A stretch of 63,894 bases of DNA, filler included, from Sphacelaria rigidula (Eukaryota): the NCBI GenBank assembly GCA_964200075.2. It is 5 parts of 5 records of this genome, joined end to end, with 100 filler letters (N's around TTAATTAATTAA, not from the genome) between each part and the next. Parts side by side here need not be neighbours in the genome. Positions count along the whole stretch, not along the records: positions 51,199 to 63,894 come from CAXNAA020003492.1; 4 more parts are not named here. One strand, written 5' to 3'. Below are positions 51,199 through 63,894 of the stretch, in pieces. How positions within the stretch are numbered: the first letter of the stretch is position 1; each line of letters begins with the position of its first letter. The notes below the pieces were generated by a model that saw nothing but the letters and a program-made list of their open reading frames with translations, was not told the origin of the DNA and ran no database searches. The position numbers and the translations under genes were made by a program.

Positions 51199-53881
51199 GG
51201 GAGGCGTACTCATTGGTTGCTTGCCTTAGTCCTTTGACCATTGACCACGCATCCCTTTCGAGACGGAGCAGACGGGGGGGGGAGGGTACTCATGATCTCG
51301 AATGCCGAAGACATCATATGACCATTGGGGCGGGGGAGAGGGGGAATGGTGAACAGAAAGCGGCACATCCGACTGAAATACTGCACGAGTAGACGACGCC
51401 AGGCTGAGAAGTTGGACGTATCGGGGGGGGGGGGGGGGACCCCATTTGTAGAGACGTAGCGGGGTGGGGCCAAGGTCGGAGGAGCGGCGAGATGGGNNNN
51501 NNNNNNGGGGGGCGGCGGGCTGGGGTGACGGGTGGGGGGGGGGGGGGGGGGGGGGGGGCGTACTCATTTGTATAGACGTATCGGGGATGAGCCTACCCAA
51601 ATACCGACCTGCTCATCCTTGTTTGCGAACGGACCCGAGCTGCTCGGGAAAACCACATTCTGGTCGCTCTCCTCCAGCCACGGCACGCCTAGGGTAACCT
51701 TCCATTTGATTGACAGGAGGTGGGAACGAGGGAGGGGGAGGTTGCAAAAAACGAGGACCTTCGACATCACAGGGGGAGTAAATATCATAAATAAGGCATG
51801 ATACAACGTGACGCCAATTGCAAAAACAAGCTGTGGCCAAAACATGAAACTTAAAAACAGACGTCTTATGAAAAAAATGTGTGTGCGGCTTTCATGTATA
51901 CGCCTAGGCAACCATGCGTGCGTAACTCCTCTTGCTCCTCCTCCTGCTACAGACAGGGACATACACGGAATCGCTTCTCACAACACGGCCCCAAAAAGGT
52001 ACACATGTGGCAGAAGGATGCACGAAACATATCTCCAACTTCAGAAGACGAACACATAGACATATGCAAGGTTGTGTTCTGTGAGGTATGCCAGCTGATA
52101 TTCGGGTATATACAGAGGTATAAAAAGGCATATTACATCGGTAAATACCCTTCCGAACCCTACCGGAGTATTCGGAACAAGTCTCGATACCCCGCCGGGC
52201 CATCCCGGAATGTTCGGTAGACACACTCCGCTATGGCCTGGTTTGCAACACCAGACACTCCTTACTTCCGAATATACCCTACAGAACACAGCCTTGCATA
52301 CATGTGTGTGCATGTGCCCCACGAAACGCGACCAGACAAGTCAACCTATTGAGCGCTCGGAGATGGACGCCCGAGTCTAATTATAATCACTTTTTTTTTT
52401 CCGGGTGAAAATTATCCCCGCTTCTCCCCTCCAGAAGAGGATTTACACGAACACGATGACAAAAAACCCTGGTTGAGAGACACAATTTGTTTTTCGTCGA
52501 ACTTTAACGCTAACCCTAGCCCCAACAAAAATATAACGGAAGATAATATTCTGTAACAGTTCGCGCGTGTCCCAACTTCTTGGCAGCAGTCGGGGCCCAT
52601 CACCCCCCGAGAGACGGAATAAAATCGCTCAGGATCGGCGAGATGAATCTGTCGTCTCTGTGGGTACCCTCGGACAAGTAGGGACATATATAGAGTGCCC
52701 TTGGCAAAGTGGGCGTTGGCAGTGCCCAAATCGACGCGGGAGAGACAGGCGCCGATTTGGGCCAAATTTGCATCCTATGCATGCCGGGCGAGCGAGCCAC
52801 CGAGATTGTGAGCTCTCCAAGGATCCGATTAGTATGGTCGTCTGCACTAGGGACACATATTTTCAACCGAGTCATGCCACGGTAGGGAATGCACATCTTG
52901 GACCCAGATGTTTTCTCACTGAGAGGCTCCTCAAGTGAGGAGCTACGCAAGGACATGAGTAAGGAGGTTTCCGCTTCGAAAGTCGTCCGAGCAATCCCTA
53001 CCCCTATTGCAATGCTCATCATGACGTACTCTTACACAAATAATTCTTGAGCCGTCCTTGGAAGGAAGTGAAGGGCTCCCCAACATTATATTCCTGAGCA
53101 AATTTTCGTGCACCCCTACCGTTGGACCACGGCTTCAGTGATGTTCGTCGCCGAGTTGGCGTGAACTCCGCGCGGATTCAACACGTGGGACACTCCTTCC
53201 TGTGTGTACAATCAAGAGATCAAACCGTTCCTATCCATGAGGGAGAAAACTCGAACTTCATCGAGTACGTATGCGCACGGGCACAATCACAAGCACGTAC
53301 AGTCCCTTTCACATGAGAACGTAGCTCGAGTAGGATGCTCATAAGTCAAGGTCATCAGGAATGGGGACGGACGCGTTGGAGTCTTACCTTCCCTTTCTCT
53401 CGACCTTGCGTGAGGTATGCGGCGCGGAGTAGAGGGTTCACCGCGGTGCCAGTCATCCACGGTAGGCTGCCGGAAGGAGGGAAGGAAGGAGGAAGACAGA
53501 AAAGGGAGTAAAAACACAGAATAGGGACGAGAAAGACAGAATAGGGAGAAGACAAACAGAAAAGGGAGGAGGAAGACAAATCAAGGACGAAACGTATATG
53601 CAGGACCTCGAAAAAAGAAAGCATATACTTGCGTTTTCTCTCTCTCTCCCCCCTCCTCATCGTCTCCGTCTCGAAAGGGATGCGTGATCAATGGTCAAAT
53701 GACTAAGGCAAGCAACAAATGAGTACGCCCCCCCCCTCATCGTATTATGACTAGCGGGAGTGCTGACCCAATCGGCGAGACCAATATGCAAGGCGTGTGC
53801 CGGGGAGAGATGGGTTGATGATTGATCCCTGGAGATCACGGACTCGTCCCGACGAAGGGGAGGGGTTCAAAGTGCGACGAG

Positions 53882-53945
<64 letters not shown>

Positions 53946-53949
53946 AATC

Positions 53950-53986
<37 letters not shown>

Positions 53987-54078
53987 AAATAATAATGATA
54001 ATGAAAATAATAATAATAGTAATAGTAATAATAATAATGATAATGATGATAACAATAATAATAAATAAAATAAAATAA
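53882..54078 (+). repeat. Compound (ATA)n/(ATG)n microsatellite
   Basis: Directly visible. Confidence 0.97.
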
Positions 54079-56789
54079 TCCCCTTGGGACCCGGCCATGG
54101 TTACGAGATGGATGTATCCAACGTGACCAAATAGAAGCGCTCAGAGAAGAAGAAAGTACGTACGGCAAAACGATATTTCAGCACTTCGAACGGCGGGTCC
54201 CGTCCAACTCATTCGAGTTTCGGCAACTTTCGGGTGACCGTGTGGTACCCTGTTTTCGTTTTTTCGGGCTTGATAGAACATAACACTGGAAAATATCATG
54301 TTCGAGGTGAGCGCATAGCTCGTTCGGGGATGGGGGAATCGTCTTGGAAGGTAGAATTTAGAAGGATGTAGTGTGACGCACACAGGTGAATGGGTTTCGG
54401 GAGAGAGGATCCCTCGTGGGGACCAGACAGCGAGCAAGCTTTTAGTCGTGGGAGATGATCCTCGTGGGTGTTGTTCAGGGGACCGGAAATACGGAGCCCC
54501 AGGGGTAACACAATGGTGCTCGCTATATGTGGCTCGTTGTAAAGGAGTTGCGATGATGCTGCCTAGGTATTGTAGAGATAGTAATATGTATTTTCGTCAT
54601 TCTTCCGAGTGCACAGGCCATCGTGGTCCACCCGTGATGGGAAAATACGGTCGACAACAACCCATTTCACGGTGTTCGGAGGCGGATCAACCATTTTGTG
54701 CTCGTGAGAAAAGACGTTGGGGGCCATAAGCAGAGCAGGCTGTACGCATTTTGTTGGTGATAGGCTGGCGATGATTTCCTCTTGTATATGTAGGCAAGAA
54801 GTTGGGTCAGACGAGAAGTGGTCGGCAAAGGCGACCAGTTCCTCGGGGGATGTTGGACCGCCCTAATATTAGGCTCTTCCTATCATCACCCCAAGTTGTC
54901 TAGTTTTGTTTGCATTACAGGGTCCTCGGTAATCTGGTCCTTCCGGATCGTTCCTACCTTGTACCTGCTTGCGTTGGTTCTTCATACATGTGTGGCATCA
55001 GTCTGTGATATGTCACTGCAAAGAAGTATCTTCCACATATTTCCCCCTTCCATCCATGCGGTATGGAGCACAGGTGCTGGGTTCCCAAATTCCATTCATG
55101 CGACATGAATTATACGTACATGTTCACCTTCGGTTCATGTGGCATAAACCAATACGATGTCTTGTTGCCCAGCTGTCATTTAATGGGGCGCGACTCTACG
55201 GTGGCGCAGCCTCATTAAAGGTGGTGGGGTAGGCAAATAAGAGCGTATAGGCCGCGAACCTCTCAAAAGCAAAATCCGCAATAATACTTCAATCGACATA
55301 TTGTCCTTACAGTAGTGGGCGGTCTAACTATTTAGGGGTGTTACGGTGTTTTCCTCGCGTACTACTCTTCGATAGAACTCGAATATGCTGACGTCGGTAG
55401 ATTTTGGTACAATCAACAGATCATCTTCGAAACACAGTGCCCAAGTCAGTGTTGGTTGGTTTTATCAGGCGATACGAGTAAATACCCCATTTATCAGGAG
55501 GGTGGTATTGACCGTGAAACACAGTTTTTCGGCTCTCGCGCAATGAGAAGGTAGACTTTCAAAAACATAAAAACTGTACATTTCTTAACAAATATGATCG
55601 GGACAGGCTCGACCGACCGACAATATAGAAGAGTAGGGATCTGGGCTGAAACGTGGCAGGACCCCCGATAACCGATCAGCCCGTAAGTCACTCAATTTTG
55701 AGCACAGATGACTTTTCTTTTTTGGAATGTGGAGCGAATAAAAGCGTCTTCAGATACCCGATGTTATGAGCGGTGGAAAGCGAAAAGAGCGCAAGAAAAT
55801 CGCCAGTTAGCAAAAATTCACCAAATGCCACAAAATGAATAGTTAGACCGCCCACTACTGTATATGTAGCACGACACATACATCAAATAAAAAAAACACA
55901 CACACGTCTGCGTGCCCAGAGCGGTTATTTTGGCTATTTACTTTCCCGATTTCTGCTATTGCCAGCCTTTATTGTTCTATTTTTTCGTAGTTTCATGAGC
56001 TCTGTGGTACACTTCACCTGAACATGCTGTATTCAATACCACGCATACAGCAATATTGTCGTGAGATTGAGAGTAGAGGATACGATTGAGATTCAAAAGC
56101 AGCCAATTAAGGAATGAATCGTTTCTGTTCTGAAATGCCCCTCCGCGAGGCCCGATATACTTTTTGTGGTAGCTCGCCACTGAGGCCCTTGATATTCCTG
56201 GGTAGGACATCAACGTGTAGCTGTAAGCACACGCCAGTGATGGAGGCAAAGAGAATCACACACGGAGTGAAAAATTGGCCAAGTTAAAGCGAACGATCAA
56301 AGCCACTCTCAATCAGTGCTCTACCCTCAATCTCATGAAAACGTCATTTTACTTGAAAATAAGACAGCACCAGCGCGAGCCGTCTCTGTACGTTCACGGG
56401 AGCTTGCGGGAAACCTCCGGCAGCATACACTGCAGTTCGCAGACAGCGTGATACAGCATGGCACAGCACGCATCTGCGTGCCATGGGGGATTCTTCAAGC
56501 TGTTTATTTTTCCGGGCTCAGCTGTTGACGGCCGACGTGCAGTTTCATGTTTTGTTCTGCGGTACAGTTGGCCTCAATATATGTAGAACAGTATGAAGAC
56601 AGCTTCAGACAGCACCAGTACTGCAAGAGTCGTCCCCGCACATGAGTTTTCAGAAACACTCCGGGAGCTCCAACTGCCGTCAGCGGACAGTACAGTACAA
56701 TGCAGCACAGCGTAGCGCTGTACAACCTGTACAGTGGACAACAGACAGCAGCGGTGATGAATCTTCCATACATAGGGCATGAATCATAG

Positions 56790-57130
56790 GTACATACTGC
56801 CTTCCTCCCCTTTGATTCATGCACATGCAATTCACCTCGCAGTCGTGCAGCATAAATTACAGTTCGAGTATCCGACCATCTATTCATACGAGGTAAATCA
56901 CCGTACATATTTTCCGCCTTGCACCCATACATAATAAACCGTGGGTACATGTTCCTCACCTTCCATTCATACGAGGCGAATGAAGGGTACATATCTCACG
57001 AATTCCGTTTACGCAGCCTGAATTAAACGTACATATTCCCCACCTTCGATTTCTACGAAATTAAGCAAGTGTGCATCTTTTCCATCCAACCAATTATTCG
57101 AACGTACAGGAATTGTGATGCATACATATT
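56790..57130 (+). repeat. Degenerate 42-bp periodic array
   Basis: GTACAT(A/G)T at 56903, 56945, 56987 and 57029; GTGCAT at 57071. Confidence 0.75.
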
Positions 57131-57699
57131 TTGCACGCTCGATTCGTGTGACACCTACTTGGAGTTTACACATTCCCAGTTCGCGATTCGTGCGGTATGA
57201 AATTGAACGTATAACTTGACCACCAATGAGTCATACCGGATGACTCTTTGGTACATAACTCGCATTCACCATTCATGGGGAGTCAACCCGTATGAACTCT
57301 GATTCATCCGAACCGTGCAATTTTGGCACTCACTGCCTTTGAAAGTTTGGTGAACTACTTCCCTCCCCTCGAAGAATAAATCTTGTCTAGATGACTGCAG
57401 TTCCAAGTCAGAGAATTATGGATGGGTGCGGATCTGCCCTCCGGTGCACGCGACTCCCAGCACGATGTCAGGGCAGCAGCGGCGCGTCTTGAGGGGATAC
57501 TGAGCCATCAGTAATCGCGAGCCATTAACGAGAGAATCTATCTGCGGGGAAATGTGTCGTATCGTGTCTACACGATGTCGAACCCAGTGACATCAGTTAC
57601 TGGTCACTCTCTCGGAGAATATCACATTGGACCAGGGGTACTGGAAAACAAAATCGCCCTGAACCTGAACCACCCCCCTCCCGCCTTCCTCCACGTGCT

Positions 57700-57895
57700 T
57701 CCAGTCGAACAATCTTCGCAGGAGGCAGTTCGCCCTTCATGAGCCTCGCCGAACATATCATGGCGCTTCGCGCTTGGTGATTGAGTGCGAGCCTGGTCCA
57801 GCGAAAACTCGGCGTGCTCCGTCCCGGCTTTGAAGGAATGCGAGGCTGATGGTCTTATGACTACGTCATGCAAGATCATGTGTACGCCCCCGCCC
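57700..57895 (-). repeat. Family B fragment
   Basis: GGCGCTTCGCGCTTGGTGATTGA as at ~35906. Confidence 0.8.
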
Positions 57896-58184
57896 ATGGC
57901 GGGCCGAAATTTTCTTTTCGGGTGCTCTTTTTTCTCGATTTCTCCAGGACCTGAGGGTGAATTTGACGACTTGAAAGCTTGGATTGGGGGCTCCATCCAT
58001 CGTGACAAGACGAACCCCCTGTGGTCGTTCAAACGTAATTAATGCATACAATACGTGACGACATCTACAATGGTGTGACATGCCATAACTGTGGCGGTCT
58101 GGTTGCGTTTTCGATATTTCGGCCTGCCGCAGCAGCTGTACATAGTTCAAATAACTTGCTTCGCCAACCGAGTGCCCACTGTAC

Positions 58185-58460
58185 GATCAGGTAATTTGCC
58201 TCAGCTAGTCTAAAATCGAGTGACGTTGTTCCCCTGTCTCAGTTCAAAGTAAGTTCTCTCCCCTCTACAAGATCAAGTAACTCTTGTCCAAGTGAATCTC
58301 AAATGAGGTGAGGTGGTTCACCTATACTCAGTTCCAGTAACTCATCTCAATCAGTCTGAATTCAAGTGACTTGTTCCCCCGGAACTCAGATCAAGTAGCT
58401 TGTCCCAGCTGGCTTAAAATCAAACGATTTTGTACACCGATCCTCGGCTCAAGTAAATCG
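58185..58460 (+). repeat. Degenerate ~28-30-bp array with TCAAGT(A/G)A core
   Basis: About 10 regularly spaced TCAAGTAA-like motifs. Confidence 0.65.
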
Positions 58461-59725
58461 CCTCTCTTACTATACGATATATACAAACATTTTTTTTTCT
58501 AGCATGGGAGTATATAGGTGCGGGTTGTCAGGATGTGGAGAAAATTGCACTGAAAAAAAACGCTAGAATTTGGTCGCCGCCCCCCTGGCCTCTCGCCCTC
58601 TTCCGATGTGACTGATTCACCACCAGTCGAGCCGTCCTTTCAGGGAACACCGTGTTGGCACGATATGATGAAAATAGGAGGACCGGCAGGGAAAGGTGGA
58701 AGCAACATGGGTGTTTGAAACGATTTGATGAAATGTGCCATGACAAAAACGTGGAGGATCACTCGGGGTCGATTCCTTAACTACACCTTTACAGAGAGAC
58801 CTGTAGCTCCCCAGCGCGTAGTACGTTCGCTGCCCGTGGCAGATAACGAAAAACAGTCCTAAGGCGAGGGCAAGTCATGGGTCATATTGAGACGTGTCCT
58901 GACCCTCAGAAGTATACAGTATTCTAGCTTTGGTCGTCGGCACAGGAAACGAGTAAATCACGGGATCATCGCGCACACCAAAATAATACAGTAGAGTACA
59001 GTAGAGTACAGTACAGGGCAGTTCGGGGGTAAATGGGGGTCGATTTTGGGTCCTATATTCCGGGAAAGTGTCGATTGACACCTGTCTACTGTACGGAAGA
59101 AATGAAGCCTAAACACATATCAATCGCATGTACACGCATCACCTCGAAATAAGGACCTGGCTCATACGAAATGAACTAGAACGGTAGACTCTATAGCAAG
59201 CCTATCACTGACGTTGCTGTACATCTGTACACAGGGTTACAACAAGAGGACATAAGCTGCTGCACGTGTGGTTGTTGTGCCCCTCTTGTTGCACTACGTT
59301 GTTGTGCCAATCTTTCACCGCGAATTTCTCAGCAACCAAGCAGAGAATTGGACCCACACTAGGGAACAGAGCGAGAAATTTCCTTGACGCGTGGCACAAA
59401 CGCTGCTGCACCTAACCAAAATGTACTCCGAGGAAAGCTTTCGCTCTTCTTCAGTTTTTGACGCTTTTTGGGCCCGCCGTGGCGAATTGAGCAAACCTCT
59501 CTCTTCATCCCCCAGAGTTTGTGTGTGTGCGGGGGGCCGTGAAGTGCCACAGGCCACCTTGCTTCCTGTGCCGAGAAAAACGCGATGAAAGTGCTAGAGC
59601 TGTCACATACCCGAACAAGGTCATTTGGGATAAAGCGTGTGTCCTACTCGGAACACCTCAGAACGGCTGATGACGTGTTTATCATTCCTCCGCGCTTCCT
59701 CTTTTCTTTTCCTGCGTGTTTTTTT

Positions 59726-61787
59726 TCAGGGCTCTTTCCGTTACACGTTACACGTTACACGTTCGTTACACGTCACGTCACAACGGTGTGACGTGACGTG
59801 ACGTATTACTATTGAGATTTCACATCAACGTATTTTGAAAAGTTCCTTGTGAGATATAACCTACTTTATACGTTATATGTTAGTGTGATTTTTATTACTT
59901 TTTTTGTCACGACTTCGCCTGCTATGTCGTTTTGTTCGACCCCTCTTTTCTTTTTTCTTTCTTTTCTGTTTTTTTTTTTTTTTCCCTCAGAGCGTGTTTT
60001 AATTTCGTTTTTCTCGGGTATGTCTATCATGAGACCACGCCTGGACCCCTGGAGGGTCATTTAAAGTGCGATAGTCAATCAATCAAATCAGTCTCAACGA
60101 ATGTCACGAACGTCACGAACGTCACACGCTTAACTTGTACCACAGTTAGTGTGAGATTCGTGGGCACATACAAGTAGATATATAAAAATATGATACGGTA
60201 TGATAAATCGGTTCAAGAAGAATGTGCATACGTCATCATAATACGCACGCGATGTGAGCGCACACTCAGCGCCACAGCATGCACCACCACACCAGCCCCA
60301 ACCACAGAACACGTGAATATCTGCAAACATAGAAGCGAATATCGAAAATCCGAAAGTACGAGTTTAGGATTTCCGAGTTTCGAACTTCTGACTCCGACAG
60401 CGCAGACGGGGCAGGAGGGACGTAATAAGTAAAAAGCGACGGGATACGGTAACGATGAGCGCGGCGCAGGGTTCTCCTTCTGAGAATGACACAGCAGAGA
60501 GAGAGGGTGCTGCAAGAGAGGGTAATGCAGCAGAGGAGGCTGCTTGACCACAGTGGGCCGCAGCAGCAGGGGGGCGCAGCCTCTGGCCGCTCTGCGTCGT
60601 CATGTGCCGCGACTGCACGTGCCGCTCTGAGTCTTCGCTTACATCTCCAGCATCTGGGCGGTCGAGGTCCTCGCGTAACGTTACACGTCACACGTTCGTA
60701 ATACGTCACACACTTCACGTCACAACGGCGTGACGTACCATGACCTATTTTTACTTTTTGACGCCACTACGAGTAGTATAATAGCAAAATAAGAAACAAA
60801 TCAGAGGTGCGGAGGGTAAAACGAGCTTGTGACCTCGTTGACAAACTCGGTGGCTCTACTGCTTTTGTTCAGTAGGTTTGTTCTTAACTCATTTGGTTCT
60901 GCTTTCCTACTTTTGTTCTCTTCTGTTCGTGTTGTTTTGTTTCGCTGTTCTTCTTCTGCCGTGTTTCTCCATTCGAGGCGGTTTTGAATAAGTTTCTGTC
61001 TCTCTTCTTGGCATATTGAGTCATCATGTGTTTTATTTACGTTCATAACGTCCGCCCTGGGAACGCAGCTGGGTTCGTAGCGGACCATCAGTTCATGCGT
61101 AGTAGTACCACGAAAGATCTGCACACACGCTCTGCTGGGTGAGGAATGAATTATAACAACACAGAATCAGTTTGCTATGTCTTGACGCCCTACAACATGC
61201 CAACCGACAACCAGGTTTCACCAACGTATGATCTGTACAACTTTCGTTTGTATGTATACATCATGGGGCCTGCGCGCATCTTAGTATTTCACTACAGTAT
61301 CTTCGTAACCTGCACCAAGAATGTATTCATGTATTTCTTTGGATTTTCAACGTGAGAGTCAGGGACATATGAACGATACACTTGCTCAAAAGCATCGTTG
61401 CAACGCCAGAAAAGCGGTCAGAACGCGCCTCATGCTCTCGAACAAGGCAACCACCGTGAACCTCCCGTACCAAGTTACGTTGCATGAAATGTTACGACGT
61501 CGTACGTGGCGTTTATTTGCCCTCGACACGGTCAAAATGTAACCTTGCAAGTGACGTCACACGTCGCGAACGTAACGTTTTTTTTTACGTTACACATCAC
61601 ACATAAACGTTTAAAAAAACGTCACCGTGACGTGATGTAACGTGACGTATATATTTTCCAAGACGTCACAGGTGTGAAGTGACGTGACGTGACGTGACGT
61701 CTTGAAATTGTGACGTGACGAGAGCTTTATTTTCAAGACGTCACAAATTGTGACGTGACGTGTAACGTGTAACGTAAGGAGGTCGGG
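59726..61787. mobile_element. ~2-kb non-autonomous TIR element with GTGAC/GTTACAC subterminal repeats
   Basis: Left CTCTTTCCGTTACACGTTACAC and right GTGTAACGTGTAACGTAAGGAG are inverted; dense GTGACGTGAC clusters at both ends and internally (~60105, ~60680); no TSD seen. Confidence 0.6.
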
Positions 61788-61994
61788 TTTTTTGCATTGT
61801 CATGGCCCTCGTTCACCCCCATGACACCATTTTGAACGGGGACCAATCCCGAATCTGGCGAGACTCCCAGTCTATGCCAAATCGGGGGGACTGAGATTCG
61901 AGAAATTCAGATCCGTGTGTACCACATTATGGCTTGAAATATATTTTGAAATTGTTCTGTAGACGGAGGGTCGTTTCCTGCAGCGGTGTGGTAT

Positions 61995-62630
61995 CAGAGT
62001 GAAGCGGAAGAACAGGCAGGCAATGCATCATCCTTCACGAGCAGCGTCGTACCGTGGTACCCTAGGGTATCATGCAGTGCGATACACCCCAATCACAGTA
62101 CACGATAATTATGCCGTGTGGTTATACATGACGGTACAATCGGTATTTGTGAGAACAGAGCACAGTGTGAGGTCACGACTGCAGTGTCATTCATCACCCT
62201 GCGGGTACAACGACAGCAGAGTGTAGGATAGTACAGTACCGTTCGTTATGATGATACATACAGCAGCGCAGTGCAGCATACAATATCACCATCGCCCCAG
62301 GGTACGGCATCAACACTTCGTATCGGCTTGTCGAACACCGTGCGACGCCGCTCGAGCAGCTGGCGCAGGTAGGCACGGCCTGCGCTGTCACGAGACTGTC
62401 TGCTTGCTGCTGCGGTTGCAAAAATATTAAACGCCCGTTGCCTCATCACCGTACCTCAATGTATGTCAGTCACTTCCTACAGATTCGGGGGACCTCGATT
62501 TCCCCCCGATTTCCGCTCAGATTCGGGGGAAACCATTCTCAAATCGTGACGTACATATTTGAGCTTCCCCGATTTGGGCCAAATTGGGGGCCATAAAAGG
62601 CGTTTCCCGATTTGATTCCCCCCGGTTTGC
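61995..62630 (+). repeat. Family A copy
   Basis: Aligns with 4850-5440. Confidence 0.85.
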
Positions 62631-63894
62631 GTACGAGCTGAACCAGCTGATGGTGATTTTTCAATGAATCCTGGCGATGTGATCGGTAATTAGAAGAGTT
62701 AGGCGCTGAAATTTGGACACGGCATTTTTTATCAACAACCCACGCAGCATTATTGGGGTGCAGAGGATAAAAAAACAGTGGGAAGTCAGAGCAAGTTCAA
62801 GTTTCAGCAAAAAAAGTAAAAATGACAAATACGGCTGCAACCCGACCAACGTTGTGGGCACTCGCGTCCAGGACATGCTGCCAAAGTTTTGGCCAAAAGT
62901 ACCTCAAACTCAGTGTCACTCTTTTTGACAATACGGAGGCGTTTTTTTTGGAGATTAGGCGCCCCAACACAGTACACCAGGCGTCTGATGGTATTGAAAG
63001 CTGACGTATGTGTGGACTGAAGCCGCAGGTAGGTTTTGACGCTGCAATTTCGGCAACCTAAGGTGTTTAATGCGCTGATTGGCTTGAAAGGACGATAATG
63101 CACGATGCTGAACTGTTCCGGGAACAAAAACACTTCATAATGACAATTCCAGAGGGTAACGATATGATCTCCGCGCCGAGGCAGGAGTAGATGTTGCGAT
63201 CTTTGTTGTTTCCAACGGCCCCCTGTTGGTCGGGGCTGGCACCAAGTCGAGAAATAAACGCCACTTCAGGTTTTCCATAAGACAGGGGCAGATGCCCTTG
63301 GGGTTATACGCCGTGTCGAGCAAGACGCGGCCGCACGACGCAGCCAAGGAGAGAGGTGTCTTCTGTCAAGAACCACTGCGGACATGTTCGGGCAGGGGGT
63401 AAGGTCTCCTCCCTCACAGTGACAGACTTGGCGTTGCGTTAACCACGACGGTCTGAAAATGGGAGGGGCAGTTGCTGGAGTTTTCTTTCATCAGAATCAA
63501 TCGGATATTCTTCGGTGGTGTGCTCTCCCGTGAAAATGACAGGCGCGTGATCGCCCTTGTGCAGATTTTTCACTTGGTTTCAGAATAGGAAAGAGTGCGA
63601 GTTGCAATAAGACCTTTTCTTTCAGATGGATCGCGGGTATTCTAGCCCTGTCGAGGCGTGGCTCGCATCGTACAGTCAGTACTACAGTACTCGTTGTACT
63701 GGAAATACGAGCTGGGCCAGCCGAGAAGCTATTCTGTAGTTTGCAGGCCCATTATACGGCCAATATTTAGAGTTGGACCCTGAAATTTGGTATGGACAAT
63801 GAATAGAGCATAATAAAAAAATTCCATACCCTGGACAATAGAATACACGGTCAAAAAATGTACTGCGTACAGTATGGAATCTATTCTCTATTGC

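Noticed and set aside
52509-52524. Telomeric repeat (CTAACCCTAGCCC)
   Set aside because: Only about two imperfect units, interstitial
53751-54168. Poly-Ile/Met/His/Tyr ORFs (also poly-Cys/Val/Thr ORFs at 45985-46360 and HT/CV ORFs at 5988-6633)
   Set aside because: Translations of microsatellites

Overview
Repeat-rich eukaryotic nuclear DNA, most consistent with a brown alga or related stramenopile (inferred from long introns, RTE-type LINE remnants and an intronless PPR gene; the taxon is not proven). It is not one locus. Four identical 100-nt linkers (N44-TTAATTAATTAA-N44) join five contigs of 12703, 12700, 12699, 12696 and 12696 nt, apparently length-sorted, so adjacency across linkers has no biological meaning. 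Four genes are supportable: (1) a 2.9-kb exon encoding a pyroglutamyl-peptidase I + UBA-like + degenerate PTH2 fusion, cut by the contig end; (2) an intronless P-class PPR protein with about 16 motifs; (3) a TruB-family pseudouridine synthase (2 exons, minus strand) head-to-head with (4) an SCY1-like pseudokinase (3 exons). The rest is dispersed repeats, LINE/LTR relics, foldback hairpins and minisatellites. The most striking non-coding object is an 806-bp TGT...ACA element with ~210-bp TIRs and a 4-bp TSD (Ginger-like) carrying a tRNA-like Pol III cassette. Repeat coordinates are approximate and were read by eye.
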